A stretch of 40,000 bases of DNA, taken from Clostridia bacterium (GTDB taxonomy: Bacteria > Bacillota > Clostridia > Oscillospirales > Butyricicoccaceae). The stretch lies in the NCBI GenBank assembly GCA_017394205.1, contig JAFOPS010000051.1:1-40000 (forward strand), given 5' to 3'. Shown here in pieces: positions 16,108-23,332 of this stretch. Position 1 is the stretch's first letter. Each line of letters begins with the position of its first letter. Made by a program: the position numbers and the translations under genes. The notes under the pieces were generated by a model. The model searched no databases. It was given only the letters and a program-made list of their open reading frames with translations, and was not told where the DNA came from.

Positions 16108-16854
16108 GTGCCTGTGGACACCAAACGCACCGGCGAGCTGATCGCCGCCCTGCGGCGGGAAAAAGGGCTGACCCAGGAGCAGCTTGCAAAATCGCTGTAT
16201 CTCTCTCACACCACCGTTTCCAAATGGGAGCGGGGACTGGGCTTCCCCGACGTATCAGTGATCGAGCCGTTGGCCGATACGCTGGGGATCACGGTCACCG
16301 AGCTGTTTCGCGGCCGGCGTGCCGGGGCGGTGGAGCCGCTGGGAGAAGAGGCGGCCAGAAACGCCCTTCGGCTGACCAAAATGACCCGCCGGCGCGAGAG
16401 ACTGCTGCGGCTCCTGGCGGTGGGGTCGGTGCTTCTGCTGGCGGCGGCGCTGTTGGGCTGGAGCCTGTGGGTCAACGCCCGCGGCCCTTACCGGCGGGAG
16501 CTGAAGGGCGCCTATCAGACCGAGCAGATCGATCAGGGCAACGGCACGTTCGTCTGGTCCGGCGGGATCCCGTTCACCCTCTCGGCGCAGGACGGTCGGG
16601 ACGAACAAAGCTTCGTCCTCTATGCCGGCAGCGTGCTGCTGGATCAGGGAGGCTGGGAACAGGCCGCGCCGAATTACTATCTTTTGCACGGGGAAAAATC
16701 CCGCTATGCCGTGGAGCTTCTGCGGGATGGGAGCTTCTGGCTGCTGTTGCCCGGCATGGACGAACCTTCGCATCTCACCAAGCGGGGGAATGTGCCGATC
16801 TATTTCGGCCACTATGCCCCGGGCGACGCCTATGATCATCTTCTGACGCCGTGA
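16108..16854 (+). CDS. Membrane-anchored XRE-family helix-turn-helix regulator
   Basis: N-terminal HTH_3 motif: LRREKGLTQEQLAKSLYLSHTTVSKWERG. One TM segment: LLRLLAVGSVLLLAAALLGWSLWV. About 130 aa C-terminal extracytoplasmic domain of unknown family. GTG start with RBS AAAGGGGG. Confidence 0.75.
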   Translation: MPVDTKRTGELIAALRREKGLTQEQLAKSLYLSHTTVSKWERGLGFPDVSVIEPLADTLGITVTELFRGRRAGAVEPLGEEAARNALRLTKMTRRRERLLRLLAVGSVLLLAAALLGWSLWVNARGPYRRELKGAYQTEQIDQGNGTFVWSGGIPFTLSAQDGRDEQSFVLYAGSVLLDQGGWEQAAPNYYLLHGEKSRYAVELLRDGSFWLLLPGMDEPSHLTKRGNVPIYFGHYAPGDAYDHLLTP

Positions 16855-16869
16855 AGCCTGCCGAATGAA

Positions 16870-16900
16870 CAAAAAAGCCGCCCCGCAGGGCGGCTTTTTA
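16870..16900. terminator. Bidirectional terminator between convergent XRE and PpiC genes
   Basis: AAAAAA-GCCGCCC-CGCA-GGGCGGC-TTTTT at 16871-16899. Confidence 0.7.
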
Positions 16901-16908
16901 CTGCTTTT

Positions 16909-18378
16909 TTACTGCTTGACGGGCTTTTGAGTGAAGACCACCTGCTCGGGGTGGAAGACATAGTCGGCGGAGGCGAACAGATCGTCCAGCCAGAGATTGT
17001 AGGAGGCTTCGGCCGCCTCGGCGTTGGCGTCGCTGTAAGGGGTCTCGCTGAAGCTGTCGAAATACATGATGTGATAGCCGAAATCGGTCTGCACGATGCC
17101 GGAATCGCCCGCCTGACGACTTTCGTCAAAGCACCAGTCGTTGAAGGCGGACACCATCTGCCCGGGGTAAATATCCTCGTACAGGCCGCCGGTGGAGGCG
17201 GAGCCGGGATCGGCGGTGTGCTCCTCGGCAAGCTGGGCGAAATGCTCCACGGTGGGATCCTGGAGCCACAGGGCGTAAAGCTCCTCGGCACGGGCCTTGG
17301 CGGAGGCGTCGTCGGGAATGTCGGTGCCTGCTTCGGGCTTGATGAGGATGTGCCGCACATTGACGCAGTAGCCGGTCTCGGCCTCGGGATCATAGACCTC
17401 GTCGGCGATGCGGGCATAGGCCGCGTTGGCGTAGCTCCGGGCATAGACGGTGGATTCCATATAGCTCAGATAGCTGTCAAGATCGGAGGAGGGGTCGAAA
17501 ATGGTGCGGAGATATTCGTCGGCGTCGGCATAGCCGGAGGTGGCGGCATAGGCGTCCAGCATGGTGCGGGCGTTGCCCAGATAATCCTGCTCCTCCGGAG
17601 CCAGCGTGTGGTTTTCAGCCAGCGCGGCCCGCTTGAGGGTCTCGGTCTGATACCAGGTGTCCACCGCCATTTGGGCGAAATAATCGTTCCAGGTCTGATC
17701 CGCAGCGGCGGACTGCCGGTCAAAGGGCGTCTGGAAATCCAGATAAGCGGCCAGAGATTCGCCGTAATTGTTGTAAAGGGAGAAAAAGCTGTCCCAATAG
17801 TAATAAATATATTCCTGATTTGTCAGCGTCATATCGCCGCATTCCGCAACGACGTTGCCCGCACCGGGCACGGCGTCGCCGATGCGGTCGGTGCTGCGGG
17901 CCACCATGCTCACAGGCTGCAGAGAGCCGGAGGCTTCCACCATCGGGATCTGTGCGGGATCTGCGGCAACGGGACCGTCGGCGCCCGGCCGGGTGAGCCG
18001 GAACAGCCCATAGATCGAAAGCGCCAGCGCGATCAGGATGAGCAAAAGCATCAGCACGGTGCGGCCGATTTCGTTGTGCCCCGTTTTGACCTGGGGCAGC
18101 TCGGGCAGATTCCGCAGCTTTTCGGGGGCCTGCGTCACATAAGGGGCGGGACGGGACGGCTCGGCCGCGCTGTCTGCGGCCTGATCCATGGCTTCCTCCA
18201 CCGCCTGCGTCAGGACGCTTTCCGCGGTCTCCGCCGCAGCCTCGCCCGCGCCGGGGGTCGGGAGACGGGCTCCGTCGGTTTCCGGCGCCTGAAGCGGGGC
18301 GGGAGAAAGGGCTTTTCCGCAGACGGGACAGACCGTTTCGTTATCCGGACGATCCGCGCCGCAATAGGGACACTTCAT
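16909..18378 (-). CDS. Zinc-ribbon, TM-anchored parvulin-type peptidyl-prolyl isomerase (PrsA/PpiC-like)
   Basis: Start at ATG 18378 with RBS AAAGGAG. N-terminal zinc ribbon: CPYCGADRPDNETVCPVCG. TM helix: VLMLLLILIALALSIYGLF. C-terminal rotamase domain: VNVRHILIKP...GGLYEDIYPGQMVSAFNDWCF...GIVQTDFGYHIMYF. Confidence 0.8.
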   Translation of the reverse strand: MKCPYCGADRPDNETVCPVCGKALSPAPLQAPETDGARLPTPGAGEAAAETAESVLTQAVEEAMDQAADSAAEPSRPAPYVTQAPEKLRNLPELPQVKTGHNEIGRTVLMLLLILIALALSIYGLFRLTRPGADGPVAADPAQIPMVEASGSLQPVSMVARSTDRIGDAVPGAGNVVAECGDMTLTNQEYIYYYWDSFFSLYNNYGESLAAYLDFQTPFDRQSAAADQTWNDYFAQMAVDTWYQTETLKRAALAENHTLAPEEQDYLGNARTMLDAYAATSGYADADEYLRTIFDPSSDLDSYLSYMESTVYARSYANAAYARIADEVYDPEAETGYCVNVRHILIKPEAGTDIPDDASAKARAEELYALWLQDPTVEHFAQLAEEHTADPGSASTGGLYEDIYPGQMVSAFNDWCFDESRQAGDSGIVQTDFGYHIMYFDSFSETPYSDANAEAAEASYNLWLDDLFASADYVFHPEQVVFTQKPVKQ

Positions 18379-18416
18379 AGGGATCACTCCTTTATTGCAC
18401 ATTCAAAGACGAACTA

Positions 18417-18450
18417 AGCATACCACACAGCCGTTTGTTTTGCAAACAAA
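18417..18450 (-). promoter_or_regulatory. Candidate PpiC promoter overlapping a 7-3-7 AT-rich palindrome
   Basis: On the minus strand: TTGCAA (18445-40), 17-nt spacer ending TGg, TATGCT (18422-17). The palindrome TTTGTTT-tgc-AAACAAA at 18434-50 overlaps the -35. Confidence 0.45.
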
Positions 18451-18494
18451 ATGCAGCGGGTGAGGCAAAAAGAAGCGGACGGCGCGGGAGAATT

Positions 18495-18509
18495 TACAAA
18501 TCATTTGCA
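18495..18509. promoter_or_regulatory. Fur-family-like 7-1-7 inverted repeat upstream of the COG0523 operon
   Basis: TACAAAT-C-ATTTGCA, with 6 of 7 positions complementary per half-site. It lies about 35 nt upstream of an extended -10 (TGaTATACT, 18541-49). It does not match the Firmicute Zur consensus I know. Confidence 0.3.
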
Positions 18510-18622
18510 ACTGCCGGCCGCAAAGGGGGCTTGACGGCTGTGATATACTGTAAAAGGGAAGCCGAGAGCAGCCCATCCGTAAGGATCATATTATTATTTC
18601 AGAAGATAAAGGAAGGAACACC

Positions 18623-19801
18623 ATGACGAAGATCGACATTTTCTCCGGATTTCTCGGCGCGGGCAAAACCACGCTGATCAAAAAGCTCATCGCGGAAGCC
18701 TACGAGGGTGAAAAGCTGATGCTCATCGAGAATGAGTTCGGCGAGATCGGCATCGACGGCGGTTTTTTGCAGGAGGCCGGCATCAACATCACCGAGATGA
18801 ACTCCGGCTGCATCTGCTGCAGCCTGGTGGGCGATTTCCGCGAGGCGCTGCGCAAGGCGCTGGACGAATATCATCCCGACCGCATCCTTATCGAGCCCTC
18901 CGGCGTGGGCAAGCTGTCCGACGTGATCCGCGCCGTACGTGACGTTGAGGCCGACGACGCCGCCCTCAACGGCTTTACCACCGTGGTGGACGCCAACAAG
19001 TGCAAGATGTATATGAAAAACTTCGGCGAGTTCTTCAACGACCAGATCGAGCACGCCAGCGCCATCGTCCTCAGCCGCACCGCCGGCATGAAGGACTCCA
19101 AGCTCAATGAGGTGACCGCCATGCTGCGGGAGCACAACGCCGTGGCGTCGATCATCACCACTCCTTGGGACGCCATCACCGGAAAGCAGATCCTGGACGT
19201 GATGGAGCAGAAGGACACGCTGAAGGCCGAGCTGGCTCAGCTGGCTGCCGAGGCGGCCCACGCCCGGGGCGAGGAGTGCGACGACCCCGATTGCGAATGC
19301 CATCATCATCACGAGCATGAGCATGAGCACGAGCACGAGCATGAGCATGAGCACGAGCACGAGCATGAGCACGAGCACGAGCATGAGCATGAGCATCATC
19401 ACCATCACCACGAGGATGGCGAGGAGTGCGACGATCCCGAGTGCGAGTGCCACCATCATCACGACCACGATGAGGATGACCACGATCATCATCACCATGA
19501 TCACGATCATCACCATCATCATTACGCCGACGAGGTGTTCACCAGCTGGGGCGTAGAAACGCCGCAAACCTACACGACGGACGAGATCGAAGAGACCCTT
19601 TCCCAGCTCAACGGCGGCATCTTCGGCGCCGTCCTCCGCGCCAAGGGCATCGTGGCCGGCGAAGACGGATCGTGGATCCACTTCGACTTCGTTCCCGGCG
19701 AGATCGACGTCCGCACCGGCCCCGCCGCCACCATCGGCCGCCTCTGCGTCATCGGCGCCAAGCTGGATGAGCACGGCCTGAAAGAGCTGTTCCGGGTATA
19801 A
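18623..19801 (+). CDS. G3E-family COG0523 (CobW/ZigA/YjiA-like) metallochaperone GTPase with a His-rich insert
   Basis: Walker A GFLGAGKTTL, metal motif GCICCSL, ILIEPSGVG, and a CobW_C-like C-terminus (VLRAKGIV...WIHFDFVPGE...CVIGAKLD). An insert of about 80 aa between the domains is His/Glu/Asp/Cys-rich. Confidence 0.88.
   Translation: MTKIDIFSGFLGAGKTTLIKKLIAEAYEGEKLMLIENEFGEIGIDGGFLQEAGINITEMNSGCICCSLVGDFREALRKALDEYHPDRILIEPSGVGKLSDVIRAVRDVEADDAALNGFTTVVDANKCKMYMKNFGEFFNDQIEHASAIVLSRTAGMKDSKLNEVTAMLREHNAVASIITTPWDAITGKQILDVMEQKDTLKAELAQLAAEAAHARGEECDDPDCECHHHHEHEHEHEHEHEHEHEHEHEHEHEHEHEHHHHHHEDGEECDDPECECHHHHDHDEDDHDHHHHDHDHHHHHYADEVFTSWGVETPQTYTTDEIEETLSQLNGGIFGAVLRAKGIVAGEDGSWIHFDFVPGEIDVRTGPAATIGRLCVIGAKLDEHGLKELFRV
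19310..19393 (+). repeat. (CAY-GAG)14 hexanucleotide tandem repeat encoding (His-Glu)14
   Basis: Fourteen uninterrupted CAC/CAT-GAG units with a higher-order 24-nt periodicity (CATGAGCATGAGCACGAGCACGAG), lying in-frame in the COG0523 gene. Confidence 0.9.
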
Positions 19802-19804
19802 GGC

Positions 19805-20746
19805 ATGGAGATCCCCGTTTATCTGTTCACCGGCTTTCTGGAGGCCGGAAAGACGAAATTTATCCAGGAAACGCTGGAGGACGACCGGTTCAACGCCGGC
19901 GAGCGGACGCTGCTGCTCCTTTGCGAAGAGGGCATCGAGGAATACGAGCCCGACCAGTTTGCCGGGAAAAATGTATTTATCGAATCGCTGGATGATCCCG
20001 AGAAGCTCAATCCCGACTATCTGGCCAAGCTGCAGATGGCTCACAATGTCGAGCGCTGCGTGGTGGAATACAACGGCATGTGGATGCTGGACGACCTTTA
20101 CCAGGCCATGCCCGAGGACTGGGTGATCTATCAGGAGATCTGCTTTGCCGACGCGTCTACCTTTCTGAATTACAACGCCAACATGCGCCAGCTCACGGTG
20201 GACAAGCTGAAAAGCTGCGAAATGATCGTCTTTAACAGGGCGGAGCCCTCCATCGACCGGATGGAGCTCCACAAGATCGTCCGCGCCGTTTCCCGCCGGG
20301 CCGAGATCGCCTACGAGGAAAAAAGCGGCGACGTCACCTACGACACCATCGAGGATCCGCTGCCCTTTGATCTGGAGGCGCCGGTGATCGGCATCGAGGA
20401 TCAGGATTACGCCGTGTGGTATCGGGATCTTTCGGAGGAAACCAAAAAATACGGCGGCAAGACCGTGCGCTTCAAGGGCCTGGTGGTCCAGAGCCCCAAG
20501 CTGCCCAAAAAGACCTTTCTCTGCGGCCGCCATCTGATGACCTGCTGTGTCAACGACATCACCTATACCGGCTTTGCCTGCCAGTGGGACCGGGCGGAGG
20601 AGCTGAAGAGCAAGGAATGGGTCACCGTCACGGGCACGGTATCCATCAAGTTCAGCCCGATCTACGGCAAGCGCGGACCTGTTTTGCAGGTTCTCAGCGT
20701 CGAGCCCGCCGAGGCCCCCGAGCAGGAGGTCGCCACCTTCTATTAA
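19805..20746 (+). CDS. Divergent G3E-like P-loop protein lacking CxCC, with a C-terminal Cys-Cys domain resembling the DUF1980/TIGR03943 C-terminal domain
   Basis: N-terminus YLFTGFLEAGKTKFIQ is a Walker A. LLLLCEEG replaces GCICC. The C-terminus YGGKTVRFKGLVVQ...FLCGRHLMTCCVNDITYTGFAC...WVTVTGTV recalls the CC(A/V)xD-containing domain of YcgQ-like proteins (from memory, not searched). The start is 4 nt after the upstream stop. Confidence 0.65.
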   Translation: MEIPVYLFTGFLEAGKTKFIQETLEDDRFNAGERTLLLLCEEGIEEYEPDQFAGKNVFIESLDDPEKLNPDYLAKLQMAHNVERCVVEYNGMWMLDDLYQAMPEDWVIYQEICFADASTFLNYNANMRQLTVDKLKSCEMIVFNRAEPSIDRMELHKIVRAVSRRAEIAYEEKSGDVTYDTIEDPLPFDLEAPVIGIEDQDYAVWYRDLSEETKKYGGKTVRFKGLVVQSPKLPKKTFLCGRHLMTCCVNDITYTGFACQWDRAEELKSKEWVTVTGTVSIKFSPIYGKRGPVLQVLSVEPAEAPEQEVATFY

Positions 20747-20758
20747 AATCACGGAACG

Positions 20759-20794
20759 TCAGAAGCGCCCCGCGGCATCGCCGCGGGGCGCTTC
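20759..20794. repeat. 36-bp GC-rich hairpin, copy 1 (direct repeat of 20988-21023)
   Basis: TCAGAAGCGCCCCGCGGCATCGCCGCGGGGCGCTTC forms a 15-bp perfect stem with a 3-nt loop. It sits 13 nt after the stop at 20746, and no T-tract follows it. Confidence 0.85.
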
Positions 20795-20987
20795 ACCGTT
20801 TGTCAAATCGGTCAAAATCGCTGCACAGGCGATTTTGCTTACGGATCGTTTTTGGCCGTTTTCTGTGTAAAAACGGTCAAAAACACCGCACACCGCCGTC
20901 ATTTTTCGCAAAAAATGCGGCGAAACCGGCCCGCAGGCCGGCGCCAAAATGGCGAAAAAGCCCAGCGCAGCGGGTTTTTCGTCAGAC

Positions 20988-21023
20988 TCAGAAGCGCCCC
21001 GCGGCGTCGCCGCGGGGCGCTTC
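20988..21023. terminator. 36-bp GC-rich hairpin, copy 2, with T-tract (probable functional terminator)
   Basis: TCAGAAGCGCCCCGCGGCGTCGCCGCGGGGCGCTTC followed by TTTTAT. It differs from copy 1 by one loop base. Confidence 0.7.
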
Positions 21024-21048
21024 TTTTATGGAAAGGAGGACAGGAGAG

Positions 21049-22146
21049 TTATTCTTCGTCGAACCAGAGGTTCAGATCGCCGACGTTGACGGAGAGCTCC
21101 ACCGCAATATCGCCGCTGCCCGTTACCGGCGGAATGTCAAGATTGCCCAGCTTCACCGAGGCGTTGACGGTATAGGCGGAGGAGCTGCCGGGCAGACTCA
21201 GATCGATGTTCCCGATGTCGCAGGACAGCGAGATGCTGCCCTGAGCAGGGACCGCGATGTCAAAGGCGCTGATGGAGCCGGTGTTCACGACCGCCGAAAG
21301 AGATTCTTTCGCGGTGACCGACTGAAGCTCCAGAATCCCGGCGTGGACGGTGGCGTCGATCTTCTTGGCGATCAGCCCGTTGAGACACACGTTTCCGGCG
21401 TCGCTTTCGATCACCAGCTCGTAGTCGCCGTAGGGAAGATTGACGTCTATACAGGGAGGGTTATCCAGATGCAGCTTGTCGAACGTTCCCGTGACGGTCA
21501 GCGTGACGGCGCCGTCGGCGTCGGTCTCCTGCGTGCGGATGAGCTTCGTGGGATCGGAGGAAAAAGCGATGACAGAATCGCTGTCGGAAGGATAGAGATT
21601 GAGCGTCGCGGCGTCTACCCGGATGACGACCCGGTCGATCCCGTTGAGATCGGGCAGGAGAAAGGCCGCCTCATCCGCCGCCTCGTACGGAACAGGCGTA
21701 TCAATGTTATAAGTCACCGTATTGTGGGAGAAGACCCGGCGGAAAAGCGAAGAGAACGGATTTCCCGACCATATGGTAAAAAGGCTGAATCCGGTAATGA
21801 TCACGGCTGCGATCGCCGCAACGGTGAGGGCGATCGCCTTTCCCGCGCCGCGCTTCGGCGCGGCGGGACGGTAGGTCTGTTCCGCGGGACGCCGGGCGTA
21901 AACGCCCTCCCGCGGGTTGACGCGGAAACCGGGCTCGGTCCGGTACTGCTCGGGCAGCGAGGCGCGGATCTCCCGCAAAAGAGCCTCGGGCTCGCCCATG
22001 GCGTGGACGGCAGCCTCTTCGCCGATACCGTCCTCCATCCGCTCGTCGATGGCGTTGGCGTAAAACCCGCAGACCCGGTCCAGCTCCTCCGGAGGCAGGT
22101 CGGAAAGCCGGTTGCGCAGCCAGAGAATAAAATCATGCTTCTTCAT
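21049..22146 (-). CDS. DUF1700-like N-terminal domain, TM segment, DUF4097-like beta-rich (putative adhesin fold) protein
   Basis: N-terminus FILWLRNRLSDLPPEELDRVCGFYANAIDERMEDGIGEEAAV is typical of PadR-associated DUF1700. TM segment: IALTVAAIAAVIITGFSLF. The C-terminus has repetitive beta-strand segments with ...V.L.G.I..... patterns. Its start overlaps the PadR stop by 14 nt. Confidence 0.7.
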   Translation of the reverse strand: MKKHDFILWLRNRLSDLPPEELDRVCGFYANAIDERMEDGIGEEAAVHAMGEPEALLREIRASLPEQYRTEPGFRVNPREGVYARRPAEQTYRPAAPKRGAGKAIALTVAAIAAVIITGFSLFTIWSGNPFSSLFRRVFSHNTVTYNIDTPVPYEAADEAAFLLPDLNGIDRVVIRVDAATLNLYPSDSDSVIAFSSDPTKLIRTQETDADGAVTLTVTGTFDKLHLDNPPCIDVNLPYGDYELVIESDAGNVCLNGLIAKKIDATVHAGILELQSVTAKESLSAVVNTGSISAFDIAVPAQGSISLSCDIGNIDLSLPGSSSAYTVNASVKLGNLDIPPVTGSGDIAVELSVNVGDLNLWFDEE

Positions 22147-22453
22147 TGTTTTTCCCCCTTATGAAGTCGTAAGCTTTGACGACCTCATCCCATTCTTTTA
22201 AAAAATCAAGGATGCGCTCCTGCCCGGATGGGGTCAGGTGATAGTATTTTCGCAGGCGTCCACTGTGCTCGACGGAGTATTCGGTCACACAGCCCGCCCC
22301 CTCCATCCGGCGGAGGATGGGGTAGAGCGTGGATTCCGAAAGCTCGACAGAGGGCGAAAGGTCCTTGATGATCTGGTATCCGTAAGAATCCTGCCGCTGC
22401 AGCGCCTTGAGCACGCAGACCTCCAGGATCCCCCGCTTGAGCTGGATATCCAT
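22133..22453 (-). CDS. PadR family transcriptional regulator
   Basis: Start at ATG 22453 with RBS AAAGGAGG. Winged-helix motif: LEVCVLKALQRQDSYGYQIIKDL...STLYPILRRMEGAGCV...GRLRKYYHLTPSG. Confidence 0.88.
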   Translation of the reverse strand: MDIQLKRGILEVCVLKALQRQDSYGYQIIKDLSPSVELSESTLYPILRRMEGAGCVTEYSVEHSGRLRKYYHLTPSGQERILDFLKEWDEVVKAYDFIRGKNNEEA

Positions 22454-22472
22454 TTCGCCACCTCCTTTGACC

Positions 22473-22503
22473 ATACTATACAACACATAGTATTGTGTGT
22501 CAA
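22473..22503 (-). promoter_or_regulatory. PadR operon promoter with overlapping inverted repeat (candidate autoregulatory operator)
   Basis: On the minus strand: TTGACA (22503-498), 17-nt spacer, TATAGT (22480-75). The inverted repeat ATACTAT-N7-ATAGTAT (22473-79 and 22487-93) covers the spacer and -10. Confidence 0.55.
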
Positions 22504-22511
22504 GGGGTATT

Positions 22512-22548
22512 TGAAAAAATTACCGCCTCTCCCGGAGGGGAGAAGCGG
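22512..22548 (-). terminator. Terminator of the membrane-protein gene at 22591-23109
   Basis: Stem CCGCTTCTCCC pairs with GGGAGAGGCGG (one mismatch, 22523-48). On the minus strand it is followed by TAATTTTTTC. Confidence 0.55.
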
Positions 22549-22590
22549 TGAAATGGGGGCAGATCGATCTGACCGGTCTGCGGACGGGCG

Positions 22591-23109
22591 TTACGCGTCG
22601 GCGCCCGGCTCGGACGAGCCGTCGCGGGCGGCCTCGGCCTCCAGCTTGTCGGCCACGGCGTTGGCTTCCGCCTCGGCAGCCGCGGCGTTGGCCTCGGCCT
22701 CGGCGGCCTCTGCGGCGACCTGCGCTTCCTTGACGGCCTCGCGCACGGCGGCCTCCTTTTCGGCCTCGGCGGCCTTGGCCGCCTTATCCAGCTTGCGCCG
22801 GGTGGAGCGGTTTTTCATGCCGTTGAACAGGATCAGCGCATAGACCACGATCACCACGGCCAGCCCCAGCAGGCACCAGGGGCGGGGCATGTAGAAATCC
22901 CGGATGGTGAACACGCCCAGATAGATGCCCAGGAAATAAAGACCCACGCCCAGCACGGCGCTGAGGATGGCAAAAACCAGGCGGACGGCGGCCCGAACGG
23001 GCTGCTTCTTTTTGGTGATGAAATAGCGGATCAAAAGAATGACCGCCAGCAAAAACAAAGCGGGGGATTGCGTGCAGAGGATCTGATTGAGCAGCGTAGG
23101 ATCTTTCAT
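22591..23109 (-). CDS. Hypothetical 4-TM membrane protein with an Ala/Glu-rich C-terminal tail
   Basis: 172 aa with four hydrophobic segments, then KAAKAAEAEKEAAVREAVKEAQVAAEAAEAEANAAAAEAEANAVADKLEAEAA. I recognise no family. Confidence 0.55.
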   Translation of the reverse strand: MKDPTLLNQILCTQSPALFLLAVILLIRYFITKKKQPVRAAVRLVFAILSAVLGVGLYFLGIYLGVFTIRDFYMPRPWCLLGLAVVIVVYALILFNGMKNRSTRRKLDKAAKAAEAEKEAAVREAVKEAQVAAEAAEAEANAAAAEAEANAVADKLEAEAARDGSSEPGADA

Positions 23110-23256
23110 GACTGCGACCTTCCTTCAGATGCCGAAGCGGCACATAATAATTATGATAACAGATACAGTTTAACGGAAAATCTGGGATTTGACAAGGTCT
23201 TTTGCCGCCCGTGACAAAAAAAGTCGGAAAAAGAGGAAAAATCCCGCCTCCGGGCC

Positions 23257-23285
23257 TTGACATTTCGGGAAAAATCGGGTATGAT
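23257..23285 (+). promoter_or_regulatory. Promoter of ylxM-ffh-rpsP-khpA
   Basis: TTGACA (23257-62), 17-nt spacer, TATGAT (23280-85). Confidence 0.55.
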
Positions 23286-23332
23286 AATTGTCAGTGTAAA
23301 GGCAAACTACTTTACAGAAAGGGGAGAGAATC

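Noticed and set aside
18599-20752. 717-aa ORF on the minus strand, including a MMMVMIVIMVMM... tract
   Set aside because: It is antisense to the two G3E GTPase genes. The Met/Val/Leu tract is simply the complement of the His/Glu/Asp codon repeats.
20795-20987. 6S RNA candidate, based on its length of about 190 nt and its high degree of structure
   Set aside because: The 5' and 3' ends are not complementary, so no long closing helix with a central bubble can form. The region folds as independent local hairpins instead.
20416-22164. 582-aa ORF on the plus strand crossing the intergenic hairpin region
   Set aside because: It runs through two terminator hairpins and is antisense to the DUF1700/DUF4097 gene. 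The product is an Arg/Gly/Pro-rich nonsense sequence.
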